Assembly (NCBI GenBank): GCA_033763335.1
Contig: JANRKU010000016.1
Coordinates: 6,534-70,533, forward strand
Reading direction: 5' to 3'
Source: a bacterium
GTDB lineage: Bacteria > Chloroflexota > Anaerolineae > Aggregatilineales > Phototrophicaceae
DNA length: 64,000 nucleotides
Position 1 is the first letter of the stretch. Each line of letters opens with the position of its first letter. Of this stretch, positions 46,701 through 54,572 are shown piece by piece. The notes under the pieces were generated by a model. It searched no databases. It was not told the origin of the DNA and saw nothing but the letters and a program-made list of their open reading frames with translations. The position numbers and the translations under genes were made by a program.

Positions 46701-47009
46701 CGCAATTATCAGATGTTGATTTATTTGCAGGCGGCGCGTCAAATCGCCAAAGGCTATCGGGTGGCGGGTGGCTTCTTTTGGCATTTAGCCGATGTCAAAC
46801 CCAAAGGATTCGTCCATGCCGATACTAACGAAGAAACTTTGACCAGTGGCATGAACCACCTCACCCATCAAATTAGCGCCTCACGTGAGGGGAATTTTGC
46901 CATAGAACCCAATAAACCCCAACCAAATGGGTTATGTTCACGTTATTGCGAATTTGGCAAGTTATGTCGGCATTATCGGGGTAGCCAAGACGACGAGGAC
47001 GAATCATGA
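43749..47009 (+). CDS. addB: AddB-like helicase-nuclease subunit (PD-(D/E)XK nuclease with Fe-S cysteines)
   Basis: Walker A APVGAGKT. C-terminal nuclease GKIDRMD...VVVMDYKSG. Cysteines QCGFRFF plus CSRYCEFGKLC. ATGA overlap with addA. Confidence 0.8.
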   Translation: MVNAQLILAPVGAGKTEFVLNELQRHYSQNPFARIWVLLATQRQEVALRERLFRAEGDDTYFNIEFFNFSTLYQRLLDMAGNPQRMMNKQGQAVLLRHLIHHLDLPVFESVAHTHGFVRIIENWIEELKSNRVNADDYKRVASTPREHDLAQIYETYQHALIANRLMDEQGQGWLAVEALQARPNLLSHARVDVLIVDGFDQFSHTQTDLLAHIAKQVPQLLITLTQVTGREATIGRRFSTAKTELEGAFARLGEDLTITPIGVAPTTKHPDLSHLVHAIFSRGSKKGTITDGITFLEAPTLADETANVLRHVKQALLNGAKPDDILIAVRDWNNYRHHLSAYAEKYDLPIVLHYDEPLTETPFVMTLSHLLDLAHANFPRRGVLDALRSPYINGAGLSAGDIDQLEAISEKQMVIHGREAWLSAIAESTHTPQLDEEEDELSDFKILPEQAEHLQTTLGAFFDTITPPEQATLSQFIVWIETLIGTDPILDVTGDDEPPDESNAPSLNMLTALRLGDSAWLWRDLLVIQAIKGCLRDLYVAHAQLRPIIGAEAPILWDDFYALLNTSLMSGKTSPRPSRAGRILVTTATGGRGLPHAHVFILGLSDGIFPAPIPQDPLYLESERTRLNQALPQNPIKTQMEQRDDEGVFYELICLPSQSLTLSRPTLKDGKEWLPSPLWRGAIAVYENAPQIIATHRIGVGKTVSLAQAVTVDEAFTALSIALSNSDETLLDMGAWLIQTYPHQWERLRHHRMMELGRIGHGKNAYNGVLSSARLKDYVQNRLGKDYTWSATRLTDQGQCGFRFFAKHLLKLSERKEPEIGMDVLQRGSVLHAILEEVYKTIREQNLSISAQNMEMAHALLDEIGARVLKTAPHDFGFRPTALWEQEKANILQKLHQLIEEDFNPEKDTIAKKLGINGERTPYRLEASFGFDNNPLWLDLGDDVGQIRLRGKIDRMDIIGDAVVVMDYKSGSTEIKPQEIADGRNYQMLIYLQAARQIAKGYRVAGGFFWHLADVKPKGFVHADTNEETLTSGMNHLTHQISASREGNFAIEPNKPQPNGLCSRYCEFGKLCRHYRGSQDDEDES

Positions 47010-50000
47010 TGTTTACACCCGCACAAGCCATTGCTGTAAAACAGCATAAAAAGAATGTCATCGTGTCTGCGGGGGCGGGGTCTGGCAAGACGCACGTCCT
47101 TGTAGAGCGTTATTTGGCATTACTCGAAGCCAACCCCACATGGCACTTGAATCATATTGTCGCTATCACCTTCACGCGCAAAGCCGCCGATGAAATGCGT
47201 GACCGTGTACGGCAAAAATTAGAAGAACGCTATCATGATGCCGTGTCAAAAAATAACCCACTGGCTGACCATTGGGCGTTGTGGCTGAGTGAAATTGACG
47301 GCGCACAAATCGCCACCATTCACGGCTTATGTGCCAATTTGCTCCGCGCCAATTTTGCCGAAGCAGGGCTAGACCCCGATTTTGCCGTGATGGATGAAAT
47401 CCAAGCCACCTTGCTCTTAGAGCAAGCCGTCCAATCGGTATTTATTGCGCTATCAGAAGAAACCCCGCCCGCCCCAGAATTGGCATTATTCGCCCAATAT
47501 GGCGAAAATACCGTGCGCGGGGTGGTATCAAATGCCAGTTTGCTCTCTGCAGATGTTAAGCCATTAGCCAATAGCAGGGTGATTTATGAGCAATTTGTCG
47601 CCATTCATACCCTCTATATTCAAGAAAAAGCGAATGCGCTAAAGGTCTATGAATGGCACGATGACGATGAACGCTGGCGCATCCTCATTCAGCAATTAGG
47701 CATCATGGAAGCCACGACCGATGTGGATGAACAACTATCCGCCATCAGTACCATCGCAAACATTCAATTTAATGTTGGTACAAGAATCAAAGACCCGCAC
47801 ACCAAATTCATCCTCACTGAAATGCGCGATATTGCCAAAGAGACGGGCAAAACCATCGGTGAGGCGCATAGTGCCACCCTCCTCAATGACCAAGTACAGG
47901 AATCAGAAAATTTATGGCATAGCCTTATCAATCGGGTAAAAGATGCCTATACAGATGCCAAAATTGACCAAAATATGCTCGATTTTGACGATTTAGAAAA
48001 ACGCACCGATGCCCTTTTGCAAAATCAAGCCGTGATTGACCGTTATCGCCACAAAGAAATTCTGCACCTCATGGTAGATGAATTTCAAGATACCAACCGC
48101 ACCCAATGGGGCATTGTAGAGGCGCTTGGCGGTGGTGATAAAACAACCATGACCTTTTTAGTCGGTGATGACAAGCAGAGCATTTATGGCTTTCGCGGTG
48201 CAGATGTGAGTGTATTTCATACTGTGCGCGAAAAAATCGTCCATGCCAATGGCGAAAATCCCGCCCTCACGACCTCATTTCGCACACAAAACCGCCTCAT
48301 CGCTTGGTTTAATGACCTATTTGCCAAATTGCTCCAACCCAATTTTTTGCTACCGTCTGTCATTCGCAATTTTCAGGTGAGCTATGGCGACCCAATGGAA
48401 TCGAATCGCGTCTCAGCGCATCCATCCGCCCCTGTGCGCTTGCTCCTCATCAACAACCACACGGCAGATAAACCCGATGAAAAGCTCAACTCATCTACCC
48501 GCCGTGAATGGGAAGCAGAGACCATCGCCAGCGAAATTCACCGCCTCATCACCGAAAAAACACCCGTATGGGATAAAAAACTGAGTGCGTATCGCCCACT
48601 GCAATACCGCGACATCGTGATTTTATTCCGCCGTATGACCTATATCGGCGCGTATGAAGAGGCGCTGAATGTGCAAAAATTACCATCGGTCACGGTGGCA
48701 GGAAAAGGTTATTATGACCGTCAAGAAGCATGGGATTTAATCAATCTGCTCCAAGCGGTTTATAACCCCTATGATGAATTGGCGCTGGTCTCGGCATTGC
48801 GCTCCCCACTTTTTGGTGTGAGCGATGACGGCTTGTTGGCATTGCGTCTTTTTGCCGATGAAAACCCAAATACCTCATTATCATTATGGGAAGCCATGCC
48901 CCTTTTGCCAGAATTTGCCGTGTCAGATAGCGACTATTCACGGTTTGCCGATGCGGGCGCTATCATCAGCGATTTACGCGCCCAAATGGGCAGAAGAACC
49001 CTATCGGAATTGCTCCATGTGGCATTACAACGCACCGATTATTTAGCCATCCTCAGTGGGCTACCCGACGGAGATAGGCGGCGGGGCAATATCGAAAAAC
49101 TCATCGAAAAAGCCACCATCACCCCAACCCTCTCATTAGGGGAATTTGTCGCCTATTGGCGCAACCTCAATGAAAAAGAAATCCGCGAAGGCGAAGCCCC
49201 GCTCGAAGTGGGCAATGCCATCACCCTCATGACCATCCATGCCAGCAAAGGGCTAGAATACCCTGTGGTATTCATCCCCGATGCCCAAAGCAGAAATCCA
49301 TCCGATAAATCGCATGTCATCTATGAGGCAGGTGGCACATTTGCCTCCAAAGTGATGATAAATGGCACAGCCGAAAAATCGTTCCCGTATATGTGGGTCA
49401 ATTTTCTCAATGGAGAACGCGCCAAAGCCGAATCGTTGCGCTTGCTGTATGTTGCCGCCACCCGCGCAGGGGATTATCTGTTCATCAGTGGACAAATAAA
49501 TCTCAGTAAAGCCAGTGATAAGAAAAAAGAACGTGAATTACTCGGCGGGGGCTGGTTACGAACAGTTATTGACACACTCGGAATGGCTAATAGCATCCAA
49601 CAGGCACTAGAAGAGGAAACCGATTCATTCCAAGAAAATGACACCTCGGTTTTCATCCCACAAACCCGACTCGCCACCCAATCGGGAAAAAAACAACGCA
49701 TAACCGATTTGTGGCAAACCGATTTTAATGCCTATACCCCTACAGCCCTGCCCTTTTTGGGGGATATTCGCATTGAAGCCAGCGCGCCCATCAAACATCT
49801 CTCCGCGACCATGCTGGCAGATTTGGGTAGCACCAAACTCCCGCCACCCGAACAAGCCCGTATTTTTGCCCAACGCTTTCGTCAGCGCGTCTTTCATGAT
49901 GCCCCAGAACGGATTGAGTGGGTCTCACATGCCCGTAAATCCAAACGGCAATTGGGCGAGGTGGTGCATGAGGCACTCCGTCATTGGCATTTACCTAGCC

Positions 50001-50497
50001 ATACCGATGAAACCCACCTACGTCAAATTTTAGAGAGTTATGCGTGGCGTTTTTCTGTGCGCGATGAAGAACAGGCAGAATTAGTCGTTAATGATGCGAT
50101 TCGCCTACTCGAAAATTTTGAAAAAGGCGATGTTTATAAGGCAATTAATGGTGCAAATAGGGTGTATCGGGAATTGCCATTCGTATTCAATTGGCAGGAG
50201 CATGTGTTACATGGGGTGATTGATGTGCTATGCGAAATTAACAACGAATGGGTCATTTATGATTATAAAACCAGCACCGTCTGGAATGAGTCACTCGAAA
50301 ATCATGCCAAACGCTATTATCTTCAACTCGCCATTTATGCCCATGCAGTAGAAAAACGCCTAAAAGTATTACCACAGGCACACGTGTATTACATCCGTTA
50401 TAATCAGGTAGTGGATATATCAGCAGAAGCATTGCGACAAGAATTAACCCAAAGCCTGACAGACCGAATCAACGAAATGGAGCATCAACTTGATTAA
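47006..50497 (+). CDS. addA: AddA-like UvrD-family helicase-nuclease subunit
   Basis: Motifs AGAGSGKT, VDEFQDTN and LVGDDKQSIYGFRGA. C-terminal nuclease GVIDVLCEINNEWVIYDYKTS. Confidence 0.85.
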   Translation: MMFTPAQAIAVKQHKKNVIVSAGAGSGKTHVLVERYLALLEANPTWHLNHIVAITFTRKAADEMRDRVRQKLEERYHDAVSKNNPLADHWALWLSEIDGAQIATIHGLCANLLRANFAEAGLDPDFAVMDEIQATLLLEQAVQSVFIALSEETPPAPELALFAQYGENTVRGVVSNASLLSADVKPLANSRVIYEQFVAIHTLYIQEKANALKVYEWHDDDERWRILIQQLGIMEATTDVDEQLSAISTIANIQFNVGTRIKDPHTKFILTEMRDIAKETGKTIGEAHSATLLNDQVQESENLWHSLINRVKDAYTDAKIDQNMLDFDDLEKRTDALLQNQAVIDRYRHKEILHLMVDEFQDTNRTQWGIVEALGGGDKTTMTFLVGDDKQSIYGFRGADVSVFHTVREKIVHANGENPALTTSFRTQNRLIAWFNDLFAKLLQPNFLLPSVIRNFQVSYGDPMESNRVSAHPSAPVRLLLINNHTADKPDEKLNSSTRREWEAETIASEIHRLITEKTPVWDKKLSAYRPLQYRDIVILFRRMTYIGAYEEALNVQKLPSVTVAGKGYYDRQEAWDLINLLQAVYNPYDELALVSALRSPLFGVSDDGLLALRLFADENPNTSLSLWEAMPLLPEFAVSDSDYSRFADAGAIISDLRAQMGRRTLSELLHVALQRTDYLAILSGLPDGDRRRGNIEKLIEKATITPTLSLGEFVAYWRNLNEKEIREGEAPLEVGNAITLMTIHASKGLEYPVVFIPDAQSRNPSDKSHVIYEAGGTFASKVMINGTAEKSFPYMWVNFLNGERAKAESLRLLYVAATRAGDYLFISGQINLSKASDKKKERELLGGGWLRTVIDTLGMANSIQQALEEETDSFQENDTSVFIPQTRLATQSGKKQRITDLWQTDFNAYTPTALPFLGDIRIEASAPIKHLSATMLADLGSTKLPPPEQARIFAQRFRQRVFHDAPERIEWVSHARKSKRQLGEVVHEALRHWHLPSHTDETHLRQILESYAWRFSVRDEEQAELVVNDAIRLLENFEKGDVYKAINGANRVYRELPFVFNWQEHVLHGVIDVLCEINNEWVIYDYKTSTVWNESLENHAKRYYLQLAIYAHAVEKRLKVLPQAHVYYIRYNQVVDISAEALRQELTQSLTDRINEMEHQLD

Positions 50498-51491
50498 AAG
50501 ACTAATCGGCACCCTTCCCGAATGGGCGCAAAAAAAACATCCTCACATGCGCTATTTATTCTCTGGGGAGAAAAAATCATCTCGTTTGGCGCGTATTCTA
50601 GGCTTTTTATCGCTGATATTCATCCTTGTCATGTTTGGCATGATTGGTTATGCCAATGCCAGTACCTTTTTTCAGAATAACCCGTTTGAATTGCCCCTCA
50701 GTATGTTCTTATTTGAATTTTTATTTTGGGCAATCCTCATTTTACAAGTCGGGTTATCCATCACATCCCTATTACCCCTCATCAATTTTGTCTCTGTAGA
50801 AAAATCGAAGCAAACATGGGATTCCATTCGCACCACCCATCAGGGCGTAAATTTGCTCTTTCGGGCGCGGTGGTCGGCGGCGATATTCCATCGGTTGCGC
50901 CCCATCATCATCGTTTTATGGACAGCCCGCCTCATCCTGATTGGCGGATTGCTCTATGACCTCACCGCCTTCGGTGGCGATTATCTGAATAGCCTGTCTG
51001 CCAATATCACACCCAAATTACCCGCATGGGGTGTTTTGGCGCTGGTGGTGATGGGTATCACCGCCAGTTTACTTATGCCCATTACATCCATCGGATTTAA
51101 TACTGCGCTAGGGTTATGGCTCTCAACATGGGTACAAAAACGGCTCTATGTGGCAATGCTACAAATCTTTTTGGTGATGGTACAAACCATATTAGCTGGC
51201 GGGTTTGTCATCTTATTCTTGAGTTTGCGCGATGAGCAAATTTTGACAGGGATGTTGGCAGAAGGCGACACGCAAAAAATTCTGTTATGGGGGCTATTGC
51301 TCGGATTTGTCGTATTCACCGATTGGGGAATGGTGTTTTTATATTTGGGATTATATGCAGGGACAATATGGGCAAAAATCCCCTACGGCATCTTTTTGGG
51401 CGCAGGGGCATTATTGGTGGTCTTATTACAAGCCTTCATCACCGACAGACTGGTTGATTGGGCAATTCGGCGGGCAGAAGCCAAAGACTAG
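50490..51491 (+). CDS. polytopic membrane protein, function unknown
   Basis: About 7 hydrophobic helices. The segment VEKSKQTWDSIRTT faintly resembles ABC-2/NosY-type permease motifs. The TTG start overlaps the addA stop by 8 nt; an alternative ATG is at 50547. Confidence 0.5.
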   Translation: MIKRLIGTLPEWAQKKHPHMRYLFSGEKKSSRLARILGFLSLIFILVMFGMIGYANASTFFQNNPFELPLSMFLFEFLFWAILILQVGLSITSLLPLINFVSVEKSKQTWDSIRTTHQGVNLLFRARWSAAIFHRLRPIIIVLWTARLILIGGLLYDLTAFGGDYLNSLSANITPKLPAWGVLALVVMGITASLLMPITSIGFNTALGLWLSTWVQKRLYVAMLQIFLVMVQTILAGGFVILFLSLRDEQILTGMLAEGDTQKILLWGLLLGFVVFTDWGMVFLYLGLYAGTIWAKIPYGIFLGAGALLVVLLQAFITDRLVDWAIRRAEAKD

Positions 51492-51521
51492 ACATTTTGG
51501 ACGGCATATATGCTATCCCTA

Positions 51522-51902
51522 CTATAACGCTTTTTCAGAAATCACATACATCGCAGTGGCAGAATTGGTCGCCAATGGCACATTATGGGCATTACAAATC
51601 CGCATGAGGCTTTGAATATCGGGGTCATGTGGATGTTTGCCCAATGGGTCTACAAAAAAGAATACTGCCTCAATTTTGCCTTCTGCGACTTGGGCGGCAA
51701 TTTGGGCATCACCCCCAATAGGACCCGATAACATCCGTGTCACGGGCAACCCACATTTATCTGCCAACAATGAGCCTGTGGTGCTGGTAGCGATGAGGTT
51801 ATATCGCTCTAATACATCTCTAAAACGGAGTGCAAATGCCACCATATCGGCTTTTTTGCCATCATGGGCGATGAGTGCCAGTGTTTTTCTGTCATCAGTC
51901 AT
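51522..51902 (-). CDS. mgsA: methylglyoxal synthase
   Basis: Motifs LIAHDGKK, SGPIGGDAQI, DPLGKHPHDPDI and CNAHNVPLATN. Confidence 0.92.
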   Translation of the reverse strand: MTDDRKTLALIAHDGKKADMVAFALRFRDVLERYNLIATSTTGSLLADKCGLPVTRMLSGPIGGDAQIAAQVAEGKIEAVFFFVDPLGKHPHDPDIQSLMRICNAHNVPLATNSATAMYVISEKAL

Positions 51903-51964
51903 AAAAATGTCTCCAGATGCGTTTCCGTTTAGTAGCTATATAAACGTTTTGTAGGTGGGATGAT

Positions 51965-51992
51965 GTAAAGGCTTGCCATGGCAAGCCCTTAC
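51965..51992. repeat. REP-like palindrome, family 1
   Basis: GTAAAGGCTTGCCATGGCAAGCCCTTAC, 3' of the PPIase gene. Confidence 0.8.
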
Positions 51993-52035
51993 AATCAGTC
52001 ATACACAATATTGCTTTAGTACAATATTGTGCCTG

Positions 52036-53892
52036 TTATTCTTCGACTTGCAATGTCCGCAAGGTGTTGACGATATTGGTGCTTTCTTGATAAGCACGAA
52101 TACTGGCACGCGCCTCATCGAGGAGCAAATTCAGTTGAACCAAATCGGGATAAACATCCGATGGGATGGGGTCGGTGGGGATAAATGTGCGCCAAGTTTC
52201 TGTTTTAACAACGCGCCCAGAAGCCTCTTGTTCACTTTCCCAATTGGTCACATATTCGGTCTTTTTCTCTTCTAATTGTTGTGCTGTATAAGCGCGAGTA
52301 GCTTTTTCTTGAATTTCGATGATATAGAAGCCCAAGCGGGTCTCGATGGGTCCCAAAATATCACCCACTTCGACACCATCGGCAAAGACAGCCGCATCTA
52401 TTTCGTCACGAATTTCACCCGCAATATACAAGCCAGAGGATTGTCCTTCGGTAAAAATAGCGAAGGTATCGCCATTTGCGCCACGAGCAGAGGGGTCAAC
52501 CGAGAGTTCCACAGCCAAATCGCCAAAATCTTCGCCATTGTTGAGGCGAGCTAATGCGGCTTCGGCTTCGGCTTGGGTTTCGAGCAAAATATGGCTGGCA
52601 CGGACGAGTGTTGGCGAATTGACCTTCGATTCGACCTTCAACACAACCCAACCGCGAGGGGTCTCAAATATGCCAGCAATCTGACCATCTTCGGTGGCAT
52701 ATACGGCTTCGGCAACGGCTTCGCTAAATTGAGCAACAACCGTAGGGCGGTCTATGGGGGTCATCATCCCGCCAGAGCGTTTTGTCGCCGCGTCCAATGA
52801 GAAGCGTGTGACCAAATCACCAAAATCTGCGCCTTCATTCAACAAACGCAAGGCGACATTGGCTTCGTCTTCGGTTGCCAATAAAATTTGGCGCAATTGG
52901 ATTTGTTCAGCGACTTCGCCAATTTCTTCAATGCGAATGATATGAAATCCGAATTGGGTTTGAACAGGTTGTGGATATAACCCAACTGGGTTGTTAAATA
53001 CAATCGCATCAAATTCAGCGACTGTTTGTCCTTGACGGAGCAAACCCAAATCACCACGATTCCCAAGTGAGCCAGAATCGGCGGTGGTTTCGGTGAGGAC
53101 AGTCATAAAATCTTCGCCATTGTTGAGACGTGCCAATACTGCCTCGGCATCGGCAAGTTCCCGAACCCGAATATGACGGCTTCTGATGGCGGGTTGGTCT
53201 TCTACCACAAAATCATTGGCGAGTAATTCTTGGATTTTGGCATACGCCACGCGCCCAACCACAATTTGTTCGAGTAATTCGGCAGAAATGCCCGATACAC
53301 GGGTCACAAAGGCGATGTAGTCAGCTTTTTGTGTCGCAAAATCTTCTGGGAAGACACATTCTTCTGCGACCTCAATTTGCAAAATACCTGCCCAATTGGT
53401 GTCGAGTTCACATTGGGTAAATTCAACATTACGGGCGGCGGCTTCTTGGCGATACAATGATTCCAAAACCATCACATTATAAATTTCTGCGGGAAATTGA
53501 TTGTCATCTGCCAATAAATTCACCACATTGATAATCGCCATGGCGTATTGATTTTCTTCGGCTTGTAAATCAAATACAGAAGGACCTTGTACATCTACCA
53601 AGCCCTGAAAGGCACGATAATAACGTACCCATTCGTAGCGCATCCGTGTGGCATAATCGCCCAGTGTAATGGTTTCATCGCCAACGGTGGCGACTACTTG
53701 GGTCAAATCTATGCCTTCTGGCACAACAAATTCGAGGGGGGCTAATTCTGGTGTTGGTTCTACAGTTGCTTCTGTGGTAGGTTCTGGTGTTGGCTCTGGA
53801 GTGGCTTCTTGTGCCAATACCCCACCAGCCATAGTAAGAAGGATGAAGCAGAGTAAAGCTGTAATAAAACGGCGTTGTAAAGCAAAACGCAT
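52036..53892 (-). CDS. secreted peptidyl-prolyl isomerase with three parvulin (PpiC) domains
   Basis: From the ATG at 53892, 8 nt after GGAGA, the signal peptide is MRFALQRRFITALLCFILLTMAGGVLA. Three rotamase starts are visible: RSRHIRV..ARLNNGEDF, LRQILLA..LLNEGADF and ASHILLE..ARLNNGEDF. Confidence 0.8.
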   Translation of the reverse strand: MRFALQRRFITALLCFILLTMAGGVLAQEATPEPTPEPTTEATVEPTPELAPLEFVVPEGIDLTQVVATVGDETITLGDYATRMRYEWVRYYRAFQGLVDVQGPSVFDLQAEENQYAMAIINVVNLLADDNQFPAEIYNVMVLESLYRQEAAARNVEFTQCELDTNWAGILQIEVAEECVFPEDFATQKADYIAFVTRVSGISAELLEQIVVGRVAYAKIQELLANDFVVEDQPAIRSRHIRVRELADAEAVLARLNNGEDFMTVLTETTADSGSLGNRGDLGLLRQGQTVAEFDAIVFNNPVGLYPQPVQTQFGFHIIRIEEIGEVAEQIQLRQILLATEDEANVALRLLNEGADFGDLVTRFSLDAATKRSGGMMTPIDRPTVVAQFSEAVAEAVYATEDGQIAGIFETPRGWVVLKVESKVNSPTLVRASHILLETQAEAEAALARLNNGEDFGDLAVELSVDPSARGANGDTFAIFTEGQSSGLYIAGEIRDEIDAAVFADGVEVGDILGPIETRLGFYIIEIQEKATRAYTAQQLEEKKTEYVTNWESEQEASGRVVKTETWRTFIPTDPIPSDVYPDLVQLNLLLDEARASIRAYQESTNIVNTLRTLQVEE

Positions 53893-54121
53893 TTTGTTTA
53901 TCTCCATGATTCTGGTTAGTCAAGTTGCCCACTAGGATAGCGCAATTTGGCATAAATACCTATCCCAAAATGAATTTAGGTTTGTAAACCGCTAGAAAAC
54001 CGACCAATCTGGCGATATTAATTTTAAGCCCGTTGCGAGAAGGTTAAAAAGAGTGGTACACTATGAAATAGCATTCAAAAAATAATTATCATACACGCCC
54101 GTGTTTCGGGAGGACTTTTTT

Positions 54122-54499
54122 ATGAAGCGTAATATTCTGGTTGTGGACGATGAAATTGGCGCACTCACCCTTATCGGTATAATGTTAGAACGAGGCGGAT
54201 TTAGTGTCTTAAAAGCCAAAGATGCTACCACGGCACTCGCTGTTTTAGAACAAAATACCCCCGACATGATTATTCTCGATGTTATGATGCCCGGTATGGA
54301 TGGCATTGAATTATGCCGTGTCATTCGTCATCGAGAACTCACACAAAGCACGCCAGTTCTCATTTTATCTGCGCGTGGTGATGCCGAAAGTGTCATGCGT
54401 GGGATGGAAGCAGGCGCAACCGATTACTTACCAAAACCCATTTTGCATCATGACCTTGTATCTAAAGTACGCTCTATTTTAGAAGGCGTACCTAGCTAA
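54122..54499 (+). CDS. single-domain (CheY-like) response regulator
   Basis: Motifs ILVVDDE, IILDVMMPGMDG, LILSA and PKP. GGGAGGA lies 7 nt upstream of the ATG at 54122. Confidence 0.85.
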   Translation: MKRNILVVDDEIGALTLIGIMLERGGFSVLKAKDATTALAVLEQNTPDMIILDVMMPGMDGIELCRVIRHRELTQSTPVLILSARGDAESVMRGMEAGATDYLPKPILHHDLVSKVRSILEGVPS

Positions 54500-54529
54500 A
54501 AAATAATTATCAGCATTAGTGCTGTTTGT

Positions 54530-54557
54530 GTAAGGGCGCAACATGTTGCGCCCTTAC
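54530..54557. repeat. REP-like palindrome, family 2
   Basis: GTAAGGGCGCAACATGTTGCGCCCTTAC is a perfect 28-nt palindrome between convergent genes. Confidence 0.8.
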
Positions 54558-54572
54558 TTTACAGTTCCTAAT

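Noticed and set aside
43749-50497. The UvrD-like helicase plus PD-(D/E)XK nuclease pair considered as a possible phage-defence system.
   Set aside because: Size, gene order (B then A), the AddB Fe-S cysteine cluster and the dual RecB-type nuclease motifs all fit housekeeping AddAB. No methylase, ATPase or effector partners are present.
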